Positions 14,301-27,046 of a stretch of DNA of 64,000 nt are shown in pieces. The DNA lies in the NCBI GenBank assembly GCA_013239625.1, contig MU053652.1, positions 3,399,902 through 3,463,901 on the forward strand, read 5' to 3'. The notes below the pieces were generated by a model. The model ran no database searches. It saw only the letters and a program-made list of their open reading frames with translations, and was not told the origin of the DNA. Each line of letters opens with the position of its first letter. The stretch's first letter is position 1. The stretch is from Lama guanicoe (taxonomy: Eukaryota). The translations under genes were made by a program, and so were the position numbers.

Positions 14301-14472
14301 ATGTTGGGAGCATTTTGCTCAGAATGGGATTTAAGAAAAAGAAAAAGATAAAGGGGTACATCTCAGTGATCTACTGTGTTTTAGGGCAACATAAATCAAA
14401 GAAATAATGCTCCTAGATTAGGATTAGAAAAAGGAATGAGGCCAACCCAACTTTGCTTCAAACCAAAGAGCT

Positions 14473-14488
14473 TTTAATGTTATTTATT
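14473..14488 (-). terminator. CPA2 polyadenylation signals
   Basis: AATAAA (14483-14488) and ATTAAA (14473-14478) on the minus strand just after the TAG. Confidence 0.5.
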
Positions 14489-14498
14489 TTCCAGATCC

Positions 14499-14686
14499 CT
14501 AGTAAGGATGGTCTTGAATATGCTCCATGATTGTCTTCAAGCCAAGCCAGGTCCCTTTTGCTGTGGGCAAGGTCTGATTGGCCAGCAGGAGGAAGCCATA
14601 TAGACCTGTATTTCTCAGTGCAAAGACAAACGAGTATTTGATGCCAGAGTCATTGAACCAGTCGATGCTTCCTCCACTGCCTTGGT
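14499..14686 (-). pseudogene. CPA2: CPA2 exon 11 (E270A)
   Basis: [33 protein letters not shown]...[10 protein letters not shown]; canonical FELRD is FALRN here. Confidence 0.9.
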
Positions 14687-17600
14687 CTGAAGGGCAAATG
14701 AAGATAAAATCCGGTTATGCTATTCCTACTGGCCTCTCATAGCTATGTAACCTCTATTAAGTTCCACCATTATCTAAAATAAGTCAGGCCCCTATCTGCA
14801 TGGACCTGAGCACAGGAATAGCTTGGTAGAGGGCCGTGCTTATGAAAAACTACAAGATTAATTTGAAAAGCAAAAGGTGTTATTCAAATAGAGACTATAC
14901 TTAGCCTTCCCTTGGTGTTCTTAGGAGCCTCTGGCTTCACCCACCCATTTGGAATCCTGTCTGCTCTCCTAATTGGCATCTTCTACACCTTAGGGAGGCC
15001 ACACCACTTCCTTCTTTAGTTGAGTGCTAGGCATAGACACCGTTTTCTCTAGTGGGAGAGGATGGATTACAAATAGAAGAGAGTTTGTCCCTACTCTCAG
15101 GGGACTTTTAACATAAGCGTGGAGCAGGCTTTGTTCTTATATTGAATAACATGCCCAGCACCTATACATAATGGATTAAACAGAGTAATGTGCACCTGTG
15201 TAATGAATGTGTGGCCACTGACATGACAGATGATAAAAGAAGGTAGTATTAGCCTAAAGGACTTGTGGCAATCATGACTCAGAAGAGCTGAGCAATGGAC
15301 CATCTCTGAGGCCGCTCCCAGGGAGGGCAGGTAGAGGCCAAATGGACGAGGTGGATGGGGCAGAGATGGAGGAAGTCACCTAGTCCCAAATAATGGAGCT
15401 GAGCAAAGGGGAAGACAGGCAGGTTGTACCAGGGAAAAGTAGGACTAATGGTTAATACTGGGAATTAACAATAAGAATTCTTGTGTCTGTGTCTTTGCTT
15501 TCACCCACAGGAGCACTGGTAGCACCTGGTAAACCAAATGGTTGATGACTTGAACTGAATCTTCCTGGGTACCAAAATTACTAACCTATACCTCTGGTGC
15601 GGCTACACGACACAGAGGATCCCACTAAGAGGTCGACAGTGAACCAAATACTGGCTTCAGATTGAATCCTGACTCTGCAAATCATTAGTGTCCTAAGGCA
15701 GTCACTTACCTGAGTCCCAGATGCTTCTTCCATCAAACAGGGATAATAATATTACTTATTTCACAGGGCAGTGAGAATTAGATGGGATAATATAATGCTT
15801 ATGATTCTGCCCCTTGTTGAGTGCTTCTGCTAAATATGTTAGACATTATGCTAAAATTGGATCATTTAATCCCCACCTGGGTCACGAGATAGATTCCAGT
15901 ATTATTCTTATTTTACAGATGAGGAAACTGAGAGACTAAGTGAAGGAGCTAGACATTACTCTAATGTCTGTAGAGTAAGCATTCAGTAAATGTCGGTTAT
16001 GATTATAATCATCATTATGAATAAATGACTGAAAAAGTTGGGCCACATTAAGGATCAGAGGTATCTGGAGGAGAGTAGCTCACCAGGAATCTAATGAGAA
16101 ACATTTATATAGTGCCTTAGAGTTAGAAAAACTCTTTTACTCTATATTCTATCTTTAGAGCCTCTCAACAATCCATTTCACAAGTGAAGAAACCAAGGGA
16201 AGATGAGTAACCTACCCAAGGTTACTTGGTTCCAAAGTGACAGAGCTGTAACTCAAACCCAGACTTCTCACCCAAGGTCTGTGTTTTTCCCCCCACACCT
16301 CTCTGAGAAAGAACTCACATAACAATTTTTCTTGGACCAAACACCTGCTGTGGTGCAGCTCCTCATAGCCCTTACTAAATAAGAAACTTCCCAGAAATGT
16401 CTCATCCACCACAGAAGTTCAGTCACCTCTTGAGGAGTGAAGCAAATATTTAGCCCAGAGCTGCATACCAATCCAGGGCAGGAAGCAAAACGTCCTTGTT
16501 CTTTGCAGTGCTTGTCTAAGCTGGAATGAGGCCAGGATTAAGGATAACTGATCAGCTGTGGACAGAAATGCAGCCACGACCTGCCTGGCCATTAAAGGGC
16601 AGGTTACAAAAGATCAGACAGCAAACCCTATACTTAACCTGACATTTGCTTAATAGAACTATCTTGAACATCTATGACTTTACCAAGAAAAACATACTAA
16701 ATGTCAGCCTTTTGAGGTCTACTTTACTTGTGAATACCTCAGACAAGAGAAGTGGAGAACTAGATTTCTTGTAATAAAATGGCTGAGTGTGGGTCTCAAG
16801 GGCAAGTGATATCATTCTGCTGACATTCTGAACTCTAGCCTCCATTCATAGGTGGCCAACCAGAGAAAACATGTATTTCCCAGCCTCAAGTGACTATCAT
16901 GGCCTTCCTCCCCACTGCCATCACTCAGAGGGCCCTTCTCCTGGAGGTCCTCCCACCAAAAGGGAAGACAATCTCACTTGGAACACAGTTTAAAAGGTAT
17001 GGACAATTGTAAGCAGATCTTCCCAGAAAATAGCCTAAAAATTTTGTAGCAAGAGCTCCAAAGCTGTTCACTACCTTTGACTTGAGAATCATCTAAAAGA
17101 AAAAGGAGACTATATCAATGTGTTCATAGTAGCACTATTTAGCAAAAAGTCAAAATAATCCAAAGGCCCTGTAACTGGGATATAGCCATATCATGGAATA
17201 ACAAATACCTAGAGTGGAAATACATAAAACTATACAGGAAATGATGTTAAACGAAAAAGGCTGGACACAAAATAGAACACAGACATTGACAACAACTAGA
17301 TAAATACATTGCTGTAAATATATTGCTGTTTAATGAAGTTGAAACTGACAATAAAGTGTGATTATTACTAGATTGTTTTTTCTATGAAGTTTTCAAATCC
17401 ATCGTAATAGCAAGAGAGAGAGAGAGAGTGAAAACCATAACCTCAAAGAAAAAGAAACTTTCATGGTCTGAAATATTACCAAATCAGTAGTTTTGGGGTT
17501 TCCATTAGGTGTTTTAGATGTGGTGAGTAAACGATTACTCCTCTGCTCTCCAAGACTCCTATTAAGAAAATCATGACTAACAAGTGTGCATTCTGTTAGA

Positions 17601-17879
17601 TTCCCACCACCACCCTTCTAAAGATAGTGCTATGTTGGTGCCCCCAGCATGTCTGCAGACTCTCTTCTCTTGATCAAGCCTGATCTGGCCACCTCTGTTT
17701 GTTCCGTTCTTGCCCCTCCTCCCCCCTTTCTAGAACGGCACTGCCTCAGTCATTTCTCTCTCCTGTATCTTCCACCTCTCTACCTCTATTGGTCCTTTTC
17801 CCACAGCCAATAAACAAATCTCTCAGCTCAAAAACAAAACTCTCCATTCCTCCTTCTCCTTCCTTTCTCATCCAAGCTC

Positions 17880-19130
17880 CTCACCCGGCCTCCCTTCTCC
17901 CTCATCCCTTGTACTCTTCCAGTTACCCTCACCACTCTTCTGAAACTGCTCTGGTTAAGGTCACCATAAGCTAGGGATGAAAATCCGATGGTAAATGTTT
18001 TGTCCTTGTCATATCTGACCTTTTGTGGCCTTTTGGTCATTGTTAACCACTGCCTCCTTTCCAACAATTGCTGCTTTCCAGGTTTCTAAAATCCAAGGTT
18101 CTCGGCCTCTCTGCCTAGCCGTGTTGTGTGTCTTTCCTCACTGCTAACCCCTTCTGCTGTCTAACAGCTCCCCTTCTCCACCCAGGGCTCTTCCCGCTCT
18201 AAACGATCTCCTTACTCACCTGTTTCAACCATCCTCTGTATGTCAACTACTCTTAAATCTCAATCTCAATCTCTCTCTCTCTCTCTCTCTCTCTTTGCAG
18301 AATCCCAGGGCCATGTAGACCAAAGCCTGCAGGACATCTCCACTTGAAAACACCACAGTTATCTCAACTTCAATATGTCCAGAGCTGAAGTCATTTTCTT
18401 TTCAAGCCCACCCCTCTGTCACCTTCCTGGATGCCTCCCTCAGTTAATGGCACCATTCAGGGACCATCGATGAGAAACTCCTCCCTCCTAATAAATGACA
18501 AAAAGCCTCCTAAATATCTCCCTTCCATCCTCACTGGCACTGCTGTAGTATGGGCCATCACCTCTCCTCTGAACTCTCCCTACACTTCCTGTGGAATGTT
18601 CCTACTTCTAGTCCATCCTCATCCCATCCTCCACACTGCTGCTAATGTGTTTTATCTAAAACATGATGCCTCAGTGCACTCACTGACCTGCTGAGAACTC
18701 TCCAACAGCTTCCAGAATCCTTTCAGTTAAAACCTAAATTCTTTAATACGGCACACAAAAATGTGAACTCCCTCCACTCCCCTTCTTAACACTTTTCATT
18801 CCTCCTTGTAGTTCACAGAGCCCCTCATGCAGTTTCACATGTCTGTGCTTTTGCATGTGCTGTTAACGAGTCAGAATCCTCCATTCCTCTTCCCTTTCTC
18901 TAGCCTTCAAAATCCTGCCTTCAAAATTCTGCCCTCTTCCTGGATGAAATCAAATCCCCCCAACTTTCTATAACTTTTGTACCATGAGCCTATTATTGCA
19001 CATATCATACTAAAGTTTGTTTGTCTTCCCATTCATCTTCCATATTAAACAGTGGGCTCTCGATGGGTTCATTATGTCTTGGCATAATGATTAGCACATA
19101 GTATATGCTCAATAAAAGTGTGCTGAACAC
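17880..19130 (+). mobile_element. LINE-2 fragments
   Basis: gaaactgctctggttaaggtcacca..., ctcaacttcaatatgtcca..., and a 3' end gcacatagtatatgctcaataaa. Confidence 0.65.
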
Positions 19131-19914
19131 AGTGGGTGCCTATAAGAGGCATTTGTTTCCAAAGGATCCATGGGCATGGGAGCATCAGGGAACTGAGCAT
19201 TCAAGTGTGGGGTCCTGAGTTTCTGGCTTTGTCCATAAGGAAGTAGGGGGATTCCTTTGGGGGACTAAGAATATGCAGGAAGGTGCATTAGGATTTCTCA
19301 TAGCATTGCAACTGTTTCTTGTTTTTATACTGATTCACTCTGGGAGACAAGAGCCTCAGAAAGTCTGACTGCAGGCTCCCCAGCTTTATTCCTGCCACTG
19401 CCATTATTCCTAACTTGTCCTCCTCTTTGTCTCCCCAAACTCTTCCTGGGCAGGTGGCTGCAACACAGTCTATCCACTGAAATCTCTGGATCCTCTTAAA
19501 GAGTCACACCCATTCTGTCCCTACACACAGTCCATGGGTCCACTTAGGGTGTGAGCCCCTCTTAGCCAAGAAACTGGGTAATTAATAAAAGTGGTGACTT
19601 AGGAACAAGACTTAATAAAGGCCCATTTTCAGGCAAAGAGATTCTACATAATGAGAGTGAGCTGTAAGGATCAAAATAAGCAGAGTAGAGAGCAGATAAC
19701 TCAAATATGTAAGGAAGTTCTTTGTTGTAGGTATCACATTGGAAGTATCTCATGGAAGAGATCTAGCCTTACTGAGGAAAATTGGGTAAAGCTGGGTTCC
19801 ATGCATTGCTACGGCCTATCCATTTTACATCTTGGCATTTAAAGGCTTTGACCCAAAATCACATGGTGCCTGCTATCTTACTGGGTCATTTGTGACAACA
19901 CACTAGATACTTAC

Positions 19915-19999
19915 AGATGACTAAACAGACAGGTCCCATTTTGTACATGGTGCCGTGCAGGCTTGTCAGAGATTGGGCATTCTCTTGGGCCACTTCATT
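19915..19999 (-). pseudogene. CPA2: CPA2 exon 10
   Basis: NEVAQENAQSLTSLHGTMYKMGPVCLVI; 85 nt; AG/GT. Confidence 0.88.
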
Positions 20000-20519
20000 C
20001 TTTACTGAGAGAAACAATGAAAGGTGGGTAGATAATGCTTGTCTCTCGGAAGAACAGAAGCCCAAAGGCAGAATGTAGAATGGGACAGTCTAATGAACTG
20101 GACTCTCTGGTTAATTAAGTAAAAGCCCTTTTAGTTTCAATCATTTTCACTGAAAAGTAAGCACAAATTCACTTCTTCTGGCTCTGAAAATACAACATGA
20201 AGACCCTCATTGTTTATTTGATCATTCATGTGTTTGCAATAAATACACAAGGGTCATTACTTTGCCATCAGCTCTCCCTGTAGAAGGAAACTGGGTGAGA
20301 GTAAGGGGCTAAAGAGGATGTGTACTGACCCAAGGATGTACCCAGGAAGTTGTTGGGGTTTTGGGGGATTTGTTTTTGTTTTTGATTTTGTTTTTGTTTT
20401 TTTACTGGATCCCTACATTGACTTACTTCCCTATGACTGTCTCTTTTTCCAAGCAGTAGAGCTCAGGAAAATATTTTCCATTATTTGAAGGTTCCAATTT
20501 TGACTGACTGAGGCTTTAC

Positions 20520-21160
20520 TGTCCTTGCTAGGGATAAATGTAAGGTCTTGAACTTGGGTCCAGGAAAACAACTGTACAATTACCAGATGGGGGAAAACTG
20601 GCTCAGCAGAATCCTCAGAGAGCCTGGGGGTTTCGCTTGTCAATAAGCCCAGCATGAGTCAACAGCACAACACCAGTGCCAAAAACTAATGTGACCCTCA
20701 ACTGTACAAGCAGAAGTCCACAGTCGGGATGAGGACAGTTATGGTCACGCTCTGCTCTGTGCTTGTTAACCCACAACACAAGTTTTACATTCACTTCTGG
20801 GTGCTGCCCTTAAAGAACACAGAAAAACCAAAGCATGTTTGGAAAACAGCAACCAGAATGAGGGAAGTTGGGAGCATATTCTGAGTGCTTAAAGGGATGA
20901 AGGTATTTACCAGGAATAAGGAAAAATCTAGGAGAAGTAGGTTACTAATCTTCAAGTAATTAATAAATTTGCCTCTCAGAGGGAAATAAACTTGCTCTCT
21001 GTAGCAAGACAATAAACCAGGGCTGGTAAATAAGGAGAAGGTTTGGGCTCTCTATAAAAAAGAACTCAAACAATCAAATCTGCCCCAAAATGGAATGGGC
21101 TCCCTTGGAGGTAGAGAGCTATCCAATCATAGGCTGGATGACTATCTGGCAGAGATTTAA
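20520..21160 (+). mobile_element. CR1/L3 LINE 3' fragment
   Basis: atgagtcaacagc...gccaaaaactaatg...ctctgctctgtgcttgtt...ttctgggtgc resembles the CR1 ORF2 end. Confidence 0.6.
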
Positions 21161-22086
21161 GCACCAGGTTTGGATAATTTAAGGATATCCAAATCTACTA
21201 AAACTACTTTTGACATTCAGCCCTGATATTCTTTTTCCCCTAATTCAACTCTGAGTGATAATATTCACCATCAAAACACTGAAAACTGCCTTATGGGAGC
21301 TAAAATCCAACTAATGAGATGAAAGATACACCTGAATTGGAATAATCTATTCCATTTCTGCTAGCTGCTGACAACAATCTGCTTGAGAGTAAACTGACCA
21401 AAAGGTTCTACCTCAGGGCTTATCTCTAACATATGGGTTTCAAAACCAAGCCTCAAAGCCAAATTGGAAATATTTGCACATTCTCCTCAGCTGGGGATTG
21501 CTCTTGCTCAATTGTAAGCAGTCTCCTGAGATGTCACCATCTGATTTAAGGCTGCCACCAGTTGACTCATTCCTGAAACAGAAGAGATGATGGAGGGTAT
21601 CAAGTGATACCTTAGGGAAGTGAGTGTTTCATGCCCAACATATTCCAGTGCAGCATGATGATAGATCACAGAGCCAAAGACACCAGGAAGGTATGAGTCA
21701 AAGAGCTGGAAGGAAGCATTGCTTAGCATAGAGCAACTGACTACAGATCCAACAACCTCAAGTCCAAATCCAAGTGGTCATTTCCTAAGCAATGGAAAAC
21801 ACATCTTGAGAATTTATGGTCAAATGAGGTTCCTGCTTATCTAGATTAAGGCAACAATAATCTCATGAATTCTATTTCCCAAGGAAATTTAATTTAGTAA
21901 CGTCCATGACCAGTCTTTCAAACCTTTGTCTGTGTCACAGTCTTCTCAGTGGCTGAATATATTATGTCTCACTTATCTTTGTAACCAGTCACTAGTACAC
22001 CCCATCTCAACACCTACCTTTATAAAACTTACTTGTCCACACCATGGACATTGTGGCTGAGCTGAAATGAAGTTTCAGAAACTTTC

Positions 22087-22286
22087 CAACTCATCAAAGT
22101 TATGTGACTCGGCACATGCATACACCCAGGGGAACAGGAAGAGCTGGGAATAGCTGTGGAGAGTAATGATGGCCTTGACTTCTCCATGACTCTTGGTGAA
22201 GTCCTCTAAGGATTTCACTTCAACTTCAGAGTTGGCACTGGGTCTATGGTATGAATTAGAGCAAGAGTTGTTGTTAGCCCCAGGTC
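22087..22286 (-). pseudogene. CPA2: CPA2 exon 9 (donor lost)
   Basis: PGANNNSCSNSYHRPSANSEVEVKSL...ITLHSYSQLFLFPW...FDEL|GAAAGT; 200 nt. Confidence 0.9.
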
Positions 22287-23822
22287 CTGACCAGATGCAG
22301 AAGCGGCCCAGTGAGAACAGTGAGCTTTAAGGAGACACTGTATGGAGGCAGTTACCATGTGTCACTCAATTCCTCCTCTGGAAATCAAATCAAGATCATC
22401 ATTGTATTAGGTTGAGTTGCTACCTAAAGACATAGTCAGGAGACCTAACGGGAAGAGTGTGGACACATCTCTCTTCTTTGAAAACATGGTTCCACTATAT
22501 GGCAGAAAGAGCTGTCAAATTAGATCATCTCCCCTCTGTGGGAGTTGTTGGAAGAAAAGCTAGATTTAATATTATAGATGGAATTCCTGCCTTGGGTGGG
22601 AGTTGAGCAAGCTCATTTTCTGGGATTTCTTCCAATTCTTAGAGCCCAAGAGTAGAAGATTCTATGTATCTGTACTTCTAAGTCACAAAGCCACAAATGC
22701 AAGGAAGCTCTGATATTCTTTCTGCAATGAGGAAGTCACAACAGGGCTATCTTTGGCCTTTATTTTCTCAGCAACTAGAGTTACTCATGAACACTAAAGT
22801 GGGCCCACTGTGCCTGGTCAGGGCTCCGAATGCTAGAGAAACTCCAAGGGGATGAGTAGAGGTTGGGATTCCCCAGGGTCTCTAAATGATATGAACAAAG
22901 TATATATACAATCTGTTGTATTATTTAATAAGAACACTATTCCAGGAAAAAATCTGAATTTGAATTGCTAAAAATTGTTCTATATTTTGAATCTGATGCT
23001 TTGATTTTTTTTCTTACACTAAAAAAAAAAACCTATTATAAAAACAATGAATGAAGTTGCCATTCATCCATATCCTGTCACAGTTCCCTAATGTCTCCTT
23101 TCTTGGCTCAGTGACTCATTAATTCATTTGTCTTACAAATATTTAGTGACTGCCTTCTATGTGCCAGACACTGTGCTAGGCGTTAGGACTACTATAGCGA
23201 AAAAGACAGTTTCTAGCCTCACTGTTATCATACCTAATGAGGAAAAACCAAATAAATTTCAATTCTGTGATTACAGAAACATGAGATTTTAACTGATGCC
23301 TGAAAGTATAAAGGAGCACTCCCCTCATCAGCCTTGTACTAGACCCTGAAAAATCAGAGCTGCAAGTCAACAAAGGCAGAGAAGCAAGTATTTTCTCTTT
23401 GAATTTATTTGAAAATCAATTTCTTAATCTTATTTGTACTTCATTCTAGTTTTCTTTCTCGAAGCATCCATAGATGATGTAATGCTTCTCCTCCAACTAG
23501 ATCCCAACCCCCTCTAGTGGTTGGTTCAGGACTTCCTGAGGCCGCCCGCCGCAGCGCAAAGTCTTGCTCTGGAAGCTCAGAAGCTGAGCCAAGATACAGC
23601 TTGTGGGAAAACCAAAATGTGAGACAAAAACTATTAAATGCCCCTCAGAGCTCAGTGACAGCACCGTGTGCCTGTGAAGGGAATTTAGAGTCTTTCAAAT
23701 AGGTTCTTAAATGGCTTCAATCATGAATGGACTTAGCAGGCTGACAGCACTGCAGAGCCATGCAAATAGTTTGTTGGCCAGACAACATCTGACTGTCTTT
23801 GGGGGCAAGTCCCTGTGCCCAC

Positions 23823-23913
23823 CTCCAAAACCTGTGTCCCAGTTCCAGTTAGGATCAACACCAACACAGAGGCTTCCAGATAACTTGGATCGGGTCTTCC
23901 GGTACATATGAGT
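23823..23913 (-). pseudogene. CPA2: CPA2 exon 8 (R145W)
   Basis: [30 protein letters not shown]; canonical NRN is NWN here; 91 nt. Confidence 0.9.
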
Positions 23914-23943
23914 CTTTAAAATACAACAGAAAGAGAATACATT

Positions 23944-23987
23944 AAAAAAAAAAAAAAAAAAAAAAAAATAAAAAAAAAAAAAAAAAA
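23944..23987 (+). repeat. Poly(A) run of about 44 nt
   Basis: A-run with a single T; reads as poly(T) upstream of the CPA2 exon 8 acceptor. Confidence 0.9.
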
Positions 23988-25091
23988 GACGGCCATTCAG
24001 TCTGATGAGCAGGTTCCTTTAGAATTCTGTTCATTTCCCTCTCTGTCTCCCACGAAGGCCCCTTCAGAATTGCGCTGATTTCCCTTGCCCACAGAGGGAC
24101 CAGCAGTCCTCAGACAGCATTCTGCTTGGAGTTTCTCAGCTGTCTCACCAGGGTGAGAAGTAAATAAACCCCCATCTCCTCAAATGAATACCTGCCAAAC
24201 CATTTTCCATAGAACCCCATTCCTGTTAAATGTTAACAATAACAAACAAAAACAAAAACAAAACAAAATAAATGCGGGGAGAGAGCGAGGGTTCTGTGAC
24301 AGAATTTTGGGGGGGAAGTAACAGGGTTAAATTGGGTAATTTACTTCAGAACTTCTAAGGGGTTTTGGGTTTTTTTTTTTAATACTTAATGTTTTTTATG
24401 AAGCTTCAAGAGAGGAATACAGTGGGTGTTATTTCCCAAACTTGACTATGAAATCCTTTATTCATAGGGTATCTCATGAGATGAGTACTAGCATTTGTAC
24501 AAGTTCCTTTTGATCACACGTTGAAAAATGTCATCGTAGTAGGCTCTCTCCAAAAATAAATTTGAAGTTCTGATACATTTTGAATATATGTGGGGTCACA
24601 GTTGCCATAATGGTGTTTTGTAATGAGATTTTAAAAGAAAAAAATACTTCATAACTCCTTTTTGTGATATTACAGAGGATTGCTTCTACAGATTGTAAGT
24701 AGAATGCCAGATGCGTTGCACTGCCTACCTAAATCCTACAGCAATCTAATTGTCAGCAGGTAACGTCCGCCTCCGCTTTTCTATCAATCCTACCACAAAA
24801 ACGCAAAGATAATTGGAACAAATCTCCTAGGTGACTCACGGTGAACACTGAACACGAATAGCCCAGCATAACAGCTAAAATGGGCTCTGACCGAGGGAAT
24901 ACAGAAACATATCGTGTGTTGGAAAAAGAAGTGATTATAAATTCCACTATATGCCTCAATTCAGGGCCACTACTGAGAGATTAAGCATTCCGTTTAGGAT
25001 AAATCAAGAACAGAAAGATTGCTTTTATTCTGTTTTGAAGTTCCGACACATCTCCTCAGATGCCTCTTGAAGAGAAAAAGTCCAGGCTTAC

Positions 25092-25202
25092 TTTGGTTTG
25101 AGAGAGCACATAGCCATCCGGGTTGGTGACTGGCAACAGGAAGACATCCATTATATCCAAAATCAAAGTAATGGATGGATCATTTCCATAATCAGAGGCA
25201 AT
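25092..25202 (-). pseudogene. CPA2: CPA2 exon 7
   Basis: IASDYGNDPSITLILDIMDVFLLPVTNPDGYVLSQTK; 111 nt. Confidence 0.9.
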
Positions 25203-26545
25203 CTGAGCAGAGACAACAACATATATGTCAACCTCATACTCCCTTTTTGCCAGGAAACACTGGAGCGAATATTAAGTCAATGTGTTTTTTCAAAACATGA
25301 ACTAGGTATCACTCACTGCTGGAAAATGGGAGTCCTCCAGCCCAATCTCCTGTTAATGTGTTTAATATGCCAATGTTGATACTTTTACTTCCAGTCGTAA
25401 TAATTTACTTATATTAAACAAAAATCAGATATCACTTACCCATTCCCTCTCAAGGGCAGGTTTCTTCCTATTAATTCTGGTGAGGGATTTTGCAATGGTG
25501 TGCAATGGTGTACGTGGCTTAGAGGGATCTATGAACCAGGGAAATTTTTTCAGTTCCTTAATCACCACACAGGCTATGTAGCTTTCTAAAAGTACTCACA
25601 ACCAACATCAGATTACTTAAATATGCAGAGACTTTTCTAAAGATCCAGAGAACCGGTTAAATTCCATTTGGGGAACTGCATTTCTACTTGCGATCAATTG
25701 CAGTAGAGTTGAAGTTTCCGCTGGATTAAAATTTATTCATTTCCTGTGCTCAGCCATCCTAAGGCATTATTATTCAACTGTTAAATATCCATTTCATAAT
25801 ACCCTAAAGGTAACCGCATTTTAATTGAAGGGCAAAATGTATCAGCCAGTATGCACGTGGTTGCACAAGCTTGAATGATCTGATGTGGATTGATTTCCTT
25901 TGCTCATGAATTAACATTCTGATTTATAGTGTGTCACTTCTGAATTACTAAAGAAATACCAGACTAGGTCACACCTAGTGCAGTGTCCTGACTCTAATTC
26001 CAACGAACATGTGGAAGAGAGGTATCGCTACACCCTAACTTCAAAATCGGATTTGGAAAATTTTCAGAACCACCCGAAAATCCTTAACAAGTTCCACTTT
26101 GGATCTATGGGTCAAAGTAAACTCTCCTAGCACCTGCTTATGTTTGCTATGAGTCCCTTCTGCGATTTTACAGATTTCTAGTACATCGTGCCTCAGCCCT
26201 CGGAGCTCCAGGCAGCAAAGTGATTTTTCTCTAGTCTGTTCTTATGCTGAAATCTGACTCCTGGGGTCCTTACCTGCCACCCTCTCAAACTCTTCCAGCT
26301 CTTGGAATCTTTTAACAGAGCACACAGTGGCCAGCAGGCCAGGGGAGGGGAGCCTGTGTCAGGGTTCTGGGGGCGGGTTGGGGGATACTAAAAAAGGTTT
26401 GAATGGGTCCATTTCCTGCCTGTGTAACAAAAGAAGGGCTTGGGCTGAGAGCGTTAGCCATTAGGACCACAGGGACTGCTGTGTGGGTAGACAGGGCCTG
26501 ACCCCAGAAAGACAAAACAATCAGGGAATTTGGGGCAAAAACGAC

Positions 26546-26644
26546 CTTACTTGCTGTCCACAGCGAACTAAGTTGTGTAACCCACTCCCGGGCATGGATC
26601 CCGGCCCCTCGCCAGATGGCCAGCTTGTCTCCTCCAGTGCTGAA
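26546..26644 (-). pseudogene. CPA2: CPA2 exon 6
   Basis: [33 protein letters not shown]; 99 nt; HARE motif retained. Confidence 0.9.
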
Positions 26645-26994
26645 CTGCAAAACAAGCATGGAAATGTGAACGGCTACACCACCGCAGACCCCTCGTCCCC
26701 TCTCTTTTCCCTGAGGCCTTGTCGGTCCCTTTTTTGGTACTTGATGTGGTTGAGAAGGAGGGGGTGTAGACAGTAATGCTGTCGATTAACTCTTCTCATT
26801 TAACATGATTTTTCTGGTCCTCTTAATGCAAACTTAAATGCAGGCTAACAAGAGGGGCATGCTTTGATGTTTGTTAAAAAAAAATCACTGCGGATAACGT
26901 GATGACATGAAAATATGTTCATCATATGTTGCAGATTTTTAAAAATACTACAGAATAGTATGATGCCGTTTTTATTTTTGAAAAGGCTAGCTCA

Positions 26995-27010
26995 TGTGTA
27001 TATATATATA

Positions 27011-27046
<36 letters not shown>
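26995..27046. repeat. (TA)n(TG)n(TA)n microsatellite
   Basis: Directly visible. Confidence 0.9.

Noticed and set aside
14499..26644. Truncated functional protein from CPA2 exons 6-11, whose frames are open
   Set aside because: The exon 9 donor is dead and the nearest GT (+4) would shift the frame. E270A and R145W remove activity, and there is no signal peptide.
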